NCBI GenBank assembly: GCA_038130705.1
Contig: JAYPOA010000001.1
Coordinates: 2,333-66,332 of the forward strand
DNA length: 64,000 bases
Reading direction: 5' to 3'
Source of the DNA: Methanobacteriota archaeon
GTDB lineage: Archaea > Thermoplasmatota > Poseidoniia > Poseidoniales > Poseidoniaceae
The notes under the pieces: generated by a model
Databases searched by the model: none
Seen by the model: the letters and a program-made list of their open reading frames with translations, nothing else
Told to the model about the DNA's origin: nothing
Made by a program: the position numbers and the translations under genes
In this document: positions 1-9,607 of the stretch, one piece after another
Position numbering within the stretch: position 1 is the stretch's first letter
Layout of the letters: each line of letters starts with the position of its first letter

Positions 1-804
1 CATACGGATTTACCTGACTTCTCTACCATCGCGGCAATTCAGTCAAACGATGGTGAAAAAGACTTGTTGAGTAATGTATCCAGCGTAACGGAAGCCCTGA
101 ATGACCATAATGATGCAGACCGGGAACTTATTCTTGAATGCCTAAATATTATCATTGAAGGTCAGATTCTTGATTTGGAAAGATTTGGTCCTGCAAAAGA
201 AGGAGGAGAAATTTCCTCACTTAATGACGATGATGAACTCGATGATTACACATACAGAGTAGCAGGTTGTGTGGGGACATTTTGGTCTAAAATATCACTG
301 CAACACCTCATGTCAATACCTGCTGACAAAGAAGATTTATTTCTACAAAGAGGGATAAGATTTGGTAAGGCATTACAAATGATTAACATTCTACGAGACA
401 TTCCTGAAGATTTGAGATTTGGAAGATGTTACGTGCCTGCCGATAAGTTGAACGAAATCGAAATGAATTCAGAAAGCCTATTAGATCCTAATAATTTTGA
501 TAAATTTGAATCACTTTACAACTCATACCTTGACTTGACAAACAATCACCTAGATGAAGCAGTAAATTACATTCTCATGCTTCCAAAAACACAATTTAGA
601 TTGAAAGCTTCGTGTATGCTCCCCGTTTTAATTGGTCAACGTACTGTATCGCTCCTTAGAAATGGTAATGTTTTAGATCCGGAAAACAGAATCAAAGTCG
701 ATAGAATGCAAATCAAATCTTATGCTAAGAAAATTCTATTCTCAATGATGGTCCCAGGTGGTGTCAAAAGACTACTAATCAAAAACAGAGCAGGAGCAAA
801 ATGA
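1..804 (+). CDS. Squalene/phytoene synthase family protein, 5'-truncated (reading frame open from nt 1)
   Basis: The frame of ORF 64..804 has no stop back to nt 1. C-terminal motifs YRVAGCVG and LQMINILRDIPEDLRFGRCYVP match the second conserved region of SQS/PSY trans-isoprenyl diphosphate synthases. It is a paralogue of the next gene. Confidence 0.6.
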   Translation, partial: HTDLPDFSTIAAIQSNDGEKDLLSNVSSVTEALNDHNDADRELILECLNIIIEGQILDLERFGPAKEGGEISSLNDDDELDDYTYRVAGCVGTFWSKISLQHLMSIPADKEDLFLQRGIRFGKALQMINILRDIPEDLRFGRCYVPADKLNEIEMNSESLLDPNNFDKFESLYNSYLDLTNNHLDEAVNYILMLPKTQFRLKASCMLPVLIGQRTVSLLRNGNVLDPENRIKVDRMQIKSYAKKILFSMMVPGGVKRLLIKNRAGAK

Positions 805-853
805 CGCAATGTCTTGAGTATAAATTTCATTCAATTAACCCTCACACTGATAA

Positions 854-2173
854 GTGAGTATAGTTCCAATTGGGATGAGCGACATGCTGGAGCGCCGTAA
901 ACCGTTGGATTTGCTTTTTCCACTAAAAGGAGGAGCTACCAGTGATTTTGGTGTCAAAAAAGAAGGCGCTGCGTCCAAATTAAGAGCAGCGGTGAACCTG
1001 ACTGCTGACGCTGTAAAAGCAGTAAGCATAACAGCAATGGAAGCATTGAGAGAGGGTGCTGCCTTTGTGGGTATCATTGGTGAACAAGATGAGTTAATCG
1101 ACCCTTTCAATCACTTAGATGCTCCAATATGGGCAAGAGACCCTCCTGTTGAACTGCTGAAACTGGCTTACTCATACTGTGAAGAGTTGACGATTAGAGA
1201 GGCTGGAAATTTCTATCACTCTTTCAAGTATTTACCTGAGGAACAACGTCTCGCTATGTGCGCTGTCTACGCATTCTGTCGTAGAGCTGACGATATTGCT
1301 GATGGCGATTGGCAAGACAGATTCCCTGGTTCAATGGGGGAGCTTGACCCTGAAGCAGTTGCATACAGGGAACAGTTAGAAAAATTGCAAAACAAAGATA
1401 CAATCTTGCAAGAGGACTTGTATCTTGAAAAGATTACTCAATTATTCTTTTTCCGAAAGAAATTGTCGACTTGTTATTCAACAACAAGTAGTACAGACCC
1501 GGTATTTTTGGCGCTAAAGGATACAGTTAACAGATACAACATACCAAGAAGCGTTTTTGATGATTTAATTACCGGAATGGAAGATGACCTATACAATAAC
1601 AGATACAGGACTTTTGATGAACTCTATGTTTACTGTTACAGGGTTGCTTCAGTTGTTGGATTGATGTGTATTGAGATTTATGGATATGATGACCCATTGG
1701 CTCGTAAATATGCTGAGTCATGGGGTATTTTCATGCAATTAACCAATGTTCTAAGAGACGTTGGCGAAGATATTCAAAGAAATCGAGTATATCTTCCATT
1801 AAACGAACTTGAATCAAACGGAATTAACGAACCTGAACTTAATGGTGATGTTGTCCTGAACAAATCTTGGGAGCCATATGTTCACCATTATGCAAAGAGA
1901 GCAAGGACATACCTCGAAGAAGCAAAACAACTGCTCCCGTTATTACCGAGAAGAACTCGATATTCTCCTGCAGCAATGATCGCTTTTTATGACAAAATTC
2001 TGAAGCAGATCGAAAGACGACAAGGAGATGTTTTCACTCGCAGAGTAAAACTCAACAAATTCCAGAAATTATCCCTCGCCGCTGCTGTTTATCTAAGACA
2101 CAGGTTTATACCCAGTTGGTTAAACCCAATATGGACAGGATTGTCCAAAGTTGGATTGCTACCTGATGTATGA
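854..2173 (+). CDS. Phytoene/squalene synthase family protein (CrtB/HpnD-like) with a ~90 aa N-terminal extension
   Basis: Carries both Asp-rich boxes, AFCRRADDIADGD and YCYRVASVVG...FMQLTNVLRDVGEDIQRNRVYLP. The true start may be an internal Met. Confidence 0.8.
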   Translation: MSIVPIGMSDMLERRKPLDLLFPLKGGATSDFGVKKEGAASKLRAAVNLTADAVKAVSITAMEALREGAAFVGIIGEQDELIDPFNHLDAPIWARDPPVELLKLAYSYCEELTIREAGNFYHSFKYLPEEQRLAMCAVYAFCRRADDIADGDWQDRFPGSMGELDPEAVAYREQLEKLQNKDTILQEDLYLEKITQLFFFRKKLSTCYSTTSSTDPVFLALKDTVNRYNIPRSVFDDLITGMEDDLYNNRYRTFDELYVYCYRVASVVGLMCIEIYGYDDPLARKYAESWGIFMQLTNVLRDVGEDIQRNRVYLPLNELESNGINEPELNGDVVLNKSWEPYVHHYAKRARTYLEEAKQLLPLLPRRTRYSPAAMIAFYDKILKQIERRQGDVFTRRVKLNKFQKLSLAAAVYLRHRFIPSWLNPIWTGLSKVGLLPDV

Positions 2174-3714
2174 ACGGTGTGGTAGGCTTGAAAAACACAG
2201 AAACTAAATTATTAATTGGATTTGGTTTACTCGGTGTTTTATTACCGTTTTTGGAACCCTTGACACTATTACTTCTTGGAGATGATTTGGGAGGAGCATT
2301 TTGGCCTATGGCTATTAGGACGCTTGAATTTACTATGCTACTTAGAGAAAACAGGTCAATTTTGTTCGCTATAATTCTACTATCTACAGTTACAGGACTA
2401 TATACCGGCCGTTCTGAAAATAAATTTAAGACTGTATTATCTTCTTTTTTCCTGGGCTTAACCATAGGTCTGTTTGCGATCTTTGTCTTGTTAGACATGG
2501 CATACATTAGAGGTGCTTTCCTTCTCCTTCCAACTGTCTACGGATTCATTATTCTGATTTGCTCAATCAAAATATTTGGCCGTCCAAGAAATATATTTAC
2601 TGGAACACGATCAAAAGTTTCTGGATTGTTAAATTACTCTCTAATACTGTTTGCAGTTTTCCTCATAACCCCAGGATTGGAAGCTATTTCAGGACTCGCC
2701 CCTCAACCACCAGAACTGGTTCTGACAGAGGAAAAATTCTCTATAGAAACGGAAGTACATCAATATCCAATGCCTGACGAGGTTGAGGACATTAGGGGCG
2801 ATATCGAAGGAGATATTGATTTCTCAATATACCTTGTAAGGCCTGAAAAAAGCCAAAATGAGGAATCCCCATTGGCAATATTACTTCACGGATTTGCAAA
2901 TCCGGGCTACTCCTCTTACACTGATTGGGCTGAAACTTTAGCAAAAAGAGGCGTTACTGTAGCCTACATACAATACCCTTCAGACGTTTGGCCTGAAGGC
3001 CATGACACATACACGCTTCATGAGCAAGATGGAATGTCTAACCATCCATTCCATGTGCCAAGAATAAAAGCTATTACTTCGGCTCTAATTCATCTTGAAA
3101 CGTTAATTGATAATAGGGTCAATACTGACTTTTTGCTCGTAGGAGGACATAGTTTAGGAGCAGGATATTCACTAATCGCCCTGGATTGGGCACTGCAAAA
3201 AGGATGGGGGAGCGATTCCCTAGTAGTCGACCTCGAAGCACCATATGCAAGGCCTGTCCAATCACATTTACAAGTAAACCTTAGTTCAATACCTGAAAAC
3301 TTCATCGGACACGTCGTGGTTAGTGAAGACGACATGAGTGTGTCTGATTGTTTTGGAGTTCATCATCAATCACTTCTAGGAGAAAAATCACTACTACTCG
3401 AGATACCAAGTGACCGCTATGGATATCCTAGGTTGGTTGCAAGTCATTACTTACAAGCTACAGAAACACACGACACTCTTGCTGATTGGGGATTCTACAA
3501 GAGAGTTGCATATCAAGCCGAGTGGTTGAATGCGAGAATGTATAACGATGTCGTGACTGAGGATTTAGCCAAAGAAAAATTGTCAAATAACGACGATGCG
3601 AAATACATGGGCAAGTGGTCTGATGGAATGAAGGTAAAAGAGATTAAAATATACGAAGACGCAATCAATACAGATACATTCGACTATTGTAAAACTTGGA
3701 CAGGCCCAGATTAA
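2170..3714 (+). CDS. Polytopic membrane domain fused to an alpha/beta-hydrolase (esterase/lipase-like) domain
   Basis: The N-terminal ~180 aa are strongly hydrophobic (multi-TM). The C-terminal part has ILLHGF and the GHSLG nucleophile elbow (GxSxG). Confidence 0.55.
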   Translation: MNGVVGLKNTETKLLIGFGLLGVLLPFLEPLTLLLLGDDLGGAFWPMAIRTLEFTMLLRENRSILFAIILLSTVTGLYTGRSENKFKTVLSSFFLGLTIGLFAIFVLLDMAYIRGAFLLLPTVYGFIILICSIKIFGRPRNIFTGTRSKVSGLLNYSLILFAVFLITPGLEAISGLAPQPPELVLTEEKFSIETEVHQYPMPDEVEDIRGDIEGDIDFSIYLVRPEKSQNEESPLAILLHGFANPGYSSYTDWAETLAKRGVTVAYIQYPSDVWPEGHDTYTLHEQDGMSNHPFHVPRIKAITSALIHLETLIDNRVNTDFLLVGGHSLGAGYSLIALDWALQKGWGSDSLVVDLEAPYARPVQSHLQVNLSSIPENFIGHVVVSEDDMSVSDCFGVHHQSLLGEKSLLLEIPSDRYGYPRLVASHYLQATETHDTLADWGFYKRVAYQAEWLNARMYNDVVTEDLAKEKLSNNDDAKYMGKWSDGMKVKEIKIYEDAINTDTFDYCKTWTGPD

Positions 3715-4907
3715 GAATTTCTTGTGAACGCTTGTATTCCAGTTATGTATCTTCCAATTATCAAATTGTGAATATCATGGGTCCCCTCGTATGTCTTCAC
3801 GGATTCTAAGTTAGCCATATGCCTCATTACCGGATATTCGTCTAAAACTCCGTTTGCCCCATGAATGTCCCTCGCTACTCTTGCAATATCGAGAGCAATA
3901 TCCACATTATTCATCTTAGCTAAGCTGATTTGCTCATTGAACCAAGTACCATCATCCTTCTTTCTTCCGAGATGGTAGGCGAGCAATTGTCCTTTGGTGA
4001 TTTCTCTTAGCATCCAAGATAATTTATTTTGAACCAATTGATACGATGCGATTGGTTCGCCAAATTGAATTCTTGAAAGAGCGTACGTCTTTGCTGAATG
4101 GAAACAAGCCATTGCCGCACCGAGAGCGCCCCAAGAAATCCCAAACCGTGCATTGTTTAAACAAGAAAAAGGACCTCTTAGACCTTTTACACCGGGCAGA
4201 ATTCTATCTTTCGGTATCTTACAATCTTGGAATACGAGTTCACTTGTGACACTCGCTTTGAGGGAATGCTTTCCTTTCATTTCAGGAGCTGTGAATCCTT
4301 CATCGCCTTTCTCGACGATAAATCCACGAATTACTCCATCCAATTTTGCCCAGACTATTGCTACATCAGCAATGGTACCATTCGTTATCCACATCTTTGC
4401 GCCGTTTAGTAGGTAATGGTCACCCATATCTTCTGCTTTGGTGATCATATCGCCAGGATTCGAACCGTAATCTGGTTCGGTTAATCCGAAGCACCCAATC
4501 CATTCGCCTGAGGTCATTTTTGGCAGATAATGTTCCTTTTGTTCCTCGCTACCGAAATCCCATATTGGATACATTGCTAAAGAACCTTGAACACTTGCAA
4601 AGGACCTGAGTCCTGAATCTCCTCTTTCTAGTTCCTGACATATTAGGCCGTATGCGACATAAGAGAGTCCGGGGCACCCGTAGCCCTTGAGTGGAGCGCC
4701 TAAAACACCCATTTCTCCCAAAGCCACTCTCCATTCATCGAGAAAGACACCTTCTTCACATGCTTTCTCTATTTTGGGTAGTACTTCTTCATCGACCCAT
4801 TCCCTTACCATATCTCTAATCATGATTTCTTCTTCGGTTAGAAGTGATTCAATATCGTAAAAATCCAGACCCTCAAACGGTTCCATGATTGCGGGGGGAT
4901 GGCTCAA
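3711..4907 (-). CDS. Acyl-CoA dehydrogenase (glutaryl-CoA dehydrogenase-like)
   Basis: GCFGLTEPDYGSNPGDM and GAKMWITNG motifs, typical ACAD length, and neighbouring etfBA. Confidence 0.88.
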   Translation of the reverse strand: MSHPPAIMEPFEGLDFYDIESLLTEEEIMIRDMVREWVDEEVLPKIEKACEEGVFLDEWRVALGEMGVLGAPLKGYGCPGLSYVAYGLICQELERGDSGLRSFASVQGSLAMYPIWDFGSEEQKEHYLPKMTSGEWIGCFGLTEPDYGSNPGDMITKAEDMGDHYLLNGAKMWITNGTIADVAIVWAKLDGVIRGFIVEKGDEGFTAPEMKGKHSLKASVTSELVFQDCKIPKDRILPGVKGLRGPFSCLNNARFGISWGALGAAMACFHSAKTYALSRIQFGEPIASYQLVQNKLSWMLREITKGQLLAYHLGRKKDDGTWFNEQISLAKMNNVDIALDIARVARDIHGANGVLDEYPVMRHMANLESVKTYEGTHDIHNLIIGRYITGIQAFTRNS

Positions 4908-4925
4908 TCAAATGAATGTTAGGTA

Positions 4926-6098
4926 TTATTTTTCATCTGATTTTTTTCTTCCAACTAACTGCGCATATTTCCTTTGCAGGTATGGACTATTCCAGTAAAT
5001 CATTCCCAAGAAGACTCCCGGTACGCTAAGAGCAATTAGGAATATCACAATTCCAGGAACAAAACCAATACTGTCAACCTCGGTTGGGGTAAAGGAAACT
5101 ACTCTCCCGTAGGACGTTATCAGGTATCCAGTATTTTTTGAAGTCTCCCAAGCAAATCCATAACTATCCCCACCCAGAAACACATCCTCATCGGTTGCAT
5201 TATCATTTGAAAACATAAGGAATGAGTCTTTGTTATGCTGAGTATATCTCATCATAGAAAGTGGCCCTACTGCGACGATTGTTGATGAACCAAAAGCACT
5301 ATCGCTTGTTATAAAATCACCTTGTAATTTAGGAAAATCATCGACCTGTCCCATCATAGAATTGCTTGTGTCTTGAGTATCGACATCGATCTCAGCAACC
5401 TTTTTGCCACTTCCAAATATTGTACAAAATGTGCTCAATGGGTCCTGACAACTGATTCCAACCCACGTGTAGAATCTCGAGTTTGAAATCCATGTGACTT
5501 TGTCTGCTTGGTCAATTACGGCAATACCATTGCTAACGGTGGATACCAAACATATATTTTCATTCTTCAAACATTCTATATCTGTTACCATTGATGATGC
5601 TTCATCATCTATCATTGTGAACGTATCAGCAAAATATTTCCAAATCTGGCCACTCTCTGTACCGATGTATGCAACCGATGAACCAGGGGTGAATTTTATT
5701 GAACGAAGGTCTTGTCCAGAAATCGCAGATGAACCTTCGGCTTCTGCAAGTGCATAAGTGGTTGAGTTATACCTCAATACAACTCCAGCATCTCCTACGA
5801 TTAGAGCACTCTTGCCAGCAGGATGCCATGAAGCAGAGTGCAGTTCTTCTGTAGTTTCATTTTCAAGACTCACATCGAAATTTGGATTCTCTGCATTCTC
5901 TGCTGAAACGATGTGCGCATAACCGTCTGCTCCGTAAATAAGAACGGTGTCTCCTAAGGGAGAAACTGCACCTCCATTGATTCCAAGATCCAACTTCTCT
6001 ATTTTTCTCTCATATGTGATGTCGACTGTTGTATCAATTTCGGCTACAACGACTGGAAGCGTCAGAATCAGACAGAGCAATATTGCGATTCTGCGCAT
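4926..6098 (-). CDS. Secreted protein with N-terminal signal peptide and C-terminal TM anchor (hypothetical surface protein)
   Basis: N-terminal MRRIAILLCLILTLPVVVA is a signal peptide. The C-terminal IVIFLIALSVPGVFLGMIYW is hydrophobic and followed by a basic tail. Confidence 0.5.
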   Translation of the reverse strand: MRRIAILLCLILTLPVVVAEIDTTVDITYERKIEKLDLGINGGAVSPLGDTVLIYGADGYAHIVSAENAENPNFDVSLENETTEELHSASWHPAGKSALIVGDAGVVLRYNSTTYALAEAEGSSAISGQDLRSIKFTPGSSVAYIGTESGQIWKYFADTFTMIDDEASSMVTDIECLKNENICLVSTVSNGIAVIDQADKVTWISNSRFYTWVGISCQDPLSTFCTIFGSGKKVAEIDVDTQDTSNSMMGQVDDFPKLQGDFITSDSAFGSSTIVAVGPLSMMRYTQHNKDSFLMFSNDNATDEDVFLGGDSYGFAWETSKNTGYLITSYGRVVSFTPTEVDSIGFVPGIVIFLIALSVPGVFLGMIYWNSPYLQRKYAQLVGRKKSDEK

Positions 6099-6188
6099 AT
6101 ACCGGCGAGGAGACTTTACCCAAAAAGCCCCCGCAAAAAATCCATACTCAACGGGAGAACTTATTTTCTAATTATTTCAGGCACCTAT

Positions 6189-6719
6189 ATGGAGACATTT
6201 GAGGTCAAGCGCGGAATTGTAAAATCGGTAGGTGGAAATGCTGGGTTAGCAAAATTAGCAACTGAGTATTTTGAAAATGTAGAAGTTGATGCAGATGGAA
6301 ATTTCACAGCATCATATGGCATCATGACCAAAGTTTCAGGAGTATACACCGAAGAAGGAAAACTCAAAGTTGATGTTAACCAGTTAGCCGGGAAAGATTT
6401 GTCAGAATATTTGGCAGCAGATGGCGGTAGGGAAAAAGCAATGGAGTCAAGGAAAAGATGGTCTTCATTCCTCGATGAAACAACTGGCTACAATGGAAAA
6501 CAGCGTGGCGATAAAGCCAAAGAGGCCGCAAAGAAAATTTCAAAATCAAAATCAGCCATAAACATGGCAAGAAAATTCATGGATATTAGTGAAAATGTAA
6601 CTGCCGAGCAAAAACAGCAAGCTGAAGACCTGATTGCAGAAATTCAACAAAAATTGGATGAAGGAAACGGCACTCGAGCCCTTTCTCTTTCTGAGAAATT
6701 AAACAAATTGTTTGGTTAG
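6189..6719 (+). CDS. Hypothetical protein
   Basis: Clean ORF with a coding-like composition. I recognise no family. Confidence 0.4.
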   Translation: METFEVKRGIVKSVGGNAGLAKLATEYFENVEVDADGNFTASYGIMTKVSGVYTEEGKLKVDVNQLAGKDLSEYLAADGGREKAMESRKRWSSFLDETTGYNGKQRGDKAKEAAKKISKSKSAINMARKFMDISENVTAEQKQQAEDLIAEIQQKLDEGNGTRALSLSEKLNKLFG

Positions 6720-6729
6720 GTGAATCTTC

Positions 6730-7857
6730 ATGGATGATCTCGTCGAACGCTATCCACGCGTCGCTGAACTCGACGAAGAAAATCTCCGAAGATTGAATCT
6801 AATTATTGGTGATGTGCAGGAATCAGTAGGCATAGAACACATCGTCGACTGTTTGGCAGACTCTACATCTGCGGCAGGAGATGGTGTCATCAGATCTTAT
6901 GTTGGTTTCGAACCTTCCGGTAAGGCCCATATAGGATGGAAAGTGCTTTCTTTACAATTAAGAAGAATGTTAGAAGCAGATACAAATGTTCTGATATTTT
7001 TGGCTGATTGGCATGCTTGGGTTAACGACAAATTCAACGGTAAGATGGAAGACATCCAAACTACTGCAAAATACATGGAAGAAACATTCAGAGCATTATT
7101 AGGATATCCACCAGAAGGAGACGGCCCAGGAGAACTCAGATTCGTATGGGCGTCAAACATAATGGATTCTGGTGATTATTGGGCAAGGGTTCTAAGATGT
7201 TCCAAAAACATGAGTCTTTCAAGAGTTCGTAGAACTTTCTCCATAATGGGTAGAGATGAGGATTCGTCCGATGGTGACCTGTCACGATTTTTCTATCCTG
7301 CATTACAGGCTGCTGACATTTTCGAAATGAACATTGATGTTGCAATCGGTGGCATGGACCAGAGGAAGGCCCACATGTACATGAGAGATGTAGCGGACAG
7401 ATGGGGATGGTACAAGGCAACGTGCCTTCATACACCGATTATTTCAGGACTCAAAAGCTCAGGAGCAAGAATGGAATCATTCGACCACAAAATGAGTAAA
7501 TCTGATCCAAATGGTGCCATTCTTCTTCACGATGATGAGAAAAAATTGTCTAAGAAAATGAGGAAAGCCTACCTTGATCCTGGAAACACCGAATCACCTG
7601 TTTACGAGTTAATTCAACATATCATTCTTCCAGAATTAGGTAAGTTAGTAATCACCCCCAATCCTGAATACGGAAGTCCTTCAACATGGGATGATTTAGA
7701 TTTGCTGAAAAACGCCGTTTCTTCAGGCGAAGTCCATCCTTTCGATGTCAAAATGGCAGTCGCAAACGGCATAGCACAAGGGTTAGAAATGGTGTCAAAC
7801 CATTTCGAAAATAATCCAGATACTCTTAGCAGGGTCAACGAACTGATTAATGATTAG
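6730..7857 (+). CDS. tyrS: Class I aminoacyl-tRNA synthetase of the TyrRS/TrpRS subfamily, most like archaeal tyrosyl-tRNA synthetase
   Basis: HIGH-region GFEPSGKAHIGW and KMSKS motif KMSKSD. AIGGMDQRKAHM aligns with archaeal TyrRS VAVGGMEQRKIHM. The W in ADWHAW leaves Trp versus Tyr specificity open. Confidence 0.6.
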   Translation: MDDLVERYPRVAELDEENLRRLNLIIGDVQESVGIEHIVDCLADSTSAAGDGVIRSYVGFEPSGKAHIGWKVLSLQLRRMLEADTNVLIFLADWHAWVNDKFNGKMEDIQTTAKYMEETFRALLGYPPEGDGPGELRFVWASNIMDSGDYWARVLRCSKNMSLSRVRRTFSIMGRDEDSSDGDLSRFFYPALQAADIFEMNIDVAIGGMDQRKAHMYMRDVADRWGWYKATCLHTPIISGLKSSGARMESFDHKMSKSDPNGAILLHDDEKKLSKKMRKAYLDPGNTESPVYELIQHIILPELGKLVITPNPEYGSPSTWDDLDLLKNAVSSGEVHPFDVKMAVANGIAQGLEMVSNHFENNPDTLSRVNELIND

Positions 7858-7919
7858 ATAAGGTTCATCAACGGGCTTTCTGTGGCTTGGATAACCCCAA
7901 TGGGCCGAAGGTGGAAATT

Positions 7920-8663
7920 ATGCCGAATATCGTTGTATTGGTTAAGCGTGTACCGGACACAAATGCTAGAATCATCGTTAGCGGAGACAGAGTAGATTTG
8001 TCAGCAGTAAAATGGGTAATCAGCCCATATGATGAATTCGCAATCGAAACTGCGCTACAACACAAAGAAGCGGTTGGTGGTAGCGTCACAGCACTTACAC
8101 TTGGGCCCGCAGACGCAGACAAAATTCTCAAGGATGCTAAAGCCATCGGAGTCGATGAAATTGTTAGAGTATGGGATGACTCATGGTCTGACCTTGACTC
8201 AAATTCAATCCAAACAGCACTCGCTAACGCAATATCCGAGATAGGAGCAGAAGTGGTTTACTGTGGTAAAACAGCAGCTGACACCGGTGCTGGTTCAACA
8301 GGACCGGGCGTCGCAGAAAAATTAGGATGGGCAAGCGTCTCCAATATCACAGATGCTGACTTCTCATCTGGATTAATCGTCCACACCCCTTCTGAAAAGG
8401 GGACTGCGATTGTATCGATTTCTGGAAATGCTGTCGTTTCATGTGACAAAGGAAGCGTCAAAGTTCGAAAACCTAACGTTAAAGGAATAATGATGGCCAA
8501 GAAAGCACAAGTCAGTGTGATGTCTGTTTCAGCGCCACAATCTACTGTTCAATTAGTAAGTCAATCCCCTCCTCCTGCCAAGCCTGAAGGTAAAAAATAC
8601 ACTGGAGGAGGTTCTGCTGAAGAGGTGGCGAAACTACTTCGTGATGAAGCAAATGTAATTTGA
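7920..8663 (+). CDS. etfB: Electron transfer flavoprotein beta subunit
   Basis: MPNIVVLVKRVPD...ISPYDEFAIETAL. RBS GGTGGA 6 nt upstream of ATG at 7920. The track ORF begins 33 nt earlier. Confidence 0.88.
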   Translation: MPNIVVLVKRVPDTNARIIVSGDRVDLSAVKWVISPYDEFAIETALQHKEAVGGSVTALTLGPADADKILKDAKAIGVDEIVRVWDDSWSDLDSNSIQTALANAISEIGAEVVYCGKTAADTGAGSTGPGVAEKLGWASVSNITDADFSSGLIVHTPSEKGTAIVSISGNAVVSCDKGSVKVRKPNVKGIMMAKKAQVSVMSVSAPQSTVQLVSQSPPPAKPEGKKYTGGGSAEEVAKLLRDEANVI

Positions 8664-8672
8664 GGTGATAAA

Positions 8673-9599
8673 ATGAGTCAAAGTATTGTAATCGCAGAAA
8701 TAAACAACGGGAAGATTTCACCTGTAACAGGTGAACTTGTAACGGCTGCAATCACCATGGGAACAACACCCACCGTCGTAGTACCTTGTACAGATTCATC
8801 GATCGCAGATGGTGCAGGATATGCAGGTTGTTCCAAAGTCATGGCTGTGAAGGGAGATTGTTTCACTAACTATGATGCATCTTCTTGGGCACAAGCTATT
8901 GATGCTGCAGTTCCTGCTGGAGTTATCTTTGGAGCTGCATCACCACAAACAAAAGATTTGGTTGCGCGAATTGCAGCGAGAAGAAACATCTCGGTTGTTC
9001 AAGATGTTGTAGGAATAGATGGAAACAATCTAACCAGCCCAATTTATTCAGGAAAAGCCATGCAAACTGTTGCTATCAGTGGAGATGCGGCAATTTCAGT
9101 TAGAGCCAACGTATTTTCAAGCGCTGAATCAACTGCGTCTGAGGTATCTGTCGTGGACCAATCCGGAGATATTGCTACAGCAGTAAATGAAGTAATAGCA
9201 AGAGCATCTGCAAGACTGGATGTGTCAGAAGCTAACATCATTATCTCTGGTGGTAGAGGAATGGGTAGTCCTGATAACTTCACCCATTTAGAGAAAATAG
9301 CAGATGTTCTTGGCGCCGCTGTTGGGGCTTCAAGGGCGGCAGTTGACACTTGGGATGAGATTCCTCATTCGATGCAAGTCGGACAAACTGGAAAGACTGT
9401 AAACCCAAATTTGTACATCGCCGTTGGAATATCGGGAGCCATTCAGCACCTTGCAGGAATGAGGTCTTCGAAGTACATTGTAGCGATTAACAAAGATGCA
9501 GATGCACCTATTTTCGCTCATGCTGACTACGGCATCGTTTCAACATGGGAAGATGCACTTCCAGTTCTTGAATCTGCTTTGTCTTCTATGATGGCTTGA
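8673..9599 (+). CDS. etfA: Electron transfer flavoprotein alpha subunit
   Basis: FAD-binding C-terminal motif YIAVGISGAIQHLAGM. RBS GAGGTGAT upstream. Confidence 0.88.
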   Translation: MSQSIVIAEINNGKISPVTGELVTAAITMGTTPTVVVPCTDSSIADGAGYAGCSKVMAVKGDCFTNYDASSWAQAIDAAVPAGVIFGAASPQTKDLVARIAARRNISVVQDVVGIDGNNLTSPIYSGKAMQTVAISGDAAISVRANVFSSAESTASEVSVVDQSGDIATAVNEVIARASARLDVSEANIIISGGRGMGSPDNFTHLEKIADVLGAAVGASRAAVDTWDEIPHSMQVGQTGKTVNPNLYIAVGISGAIQHLAGMRSSKYIVAINKDADAPIFAHADYGIVSTWEDALPVLESALSSMMA

Positions 9600-9607
9600 G
9601 TTGTAAT

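Noticed and set aside
835-1110. 91-aa minus-strand ORF
   Set aside because: It is antisense to the phytoene synthase gene and has a low-complexity translation.
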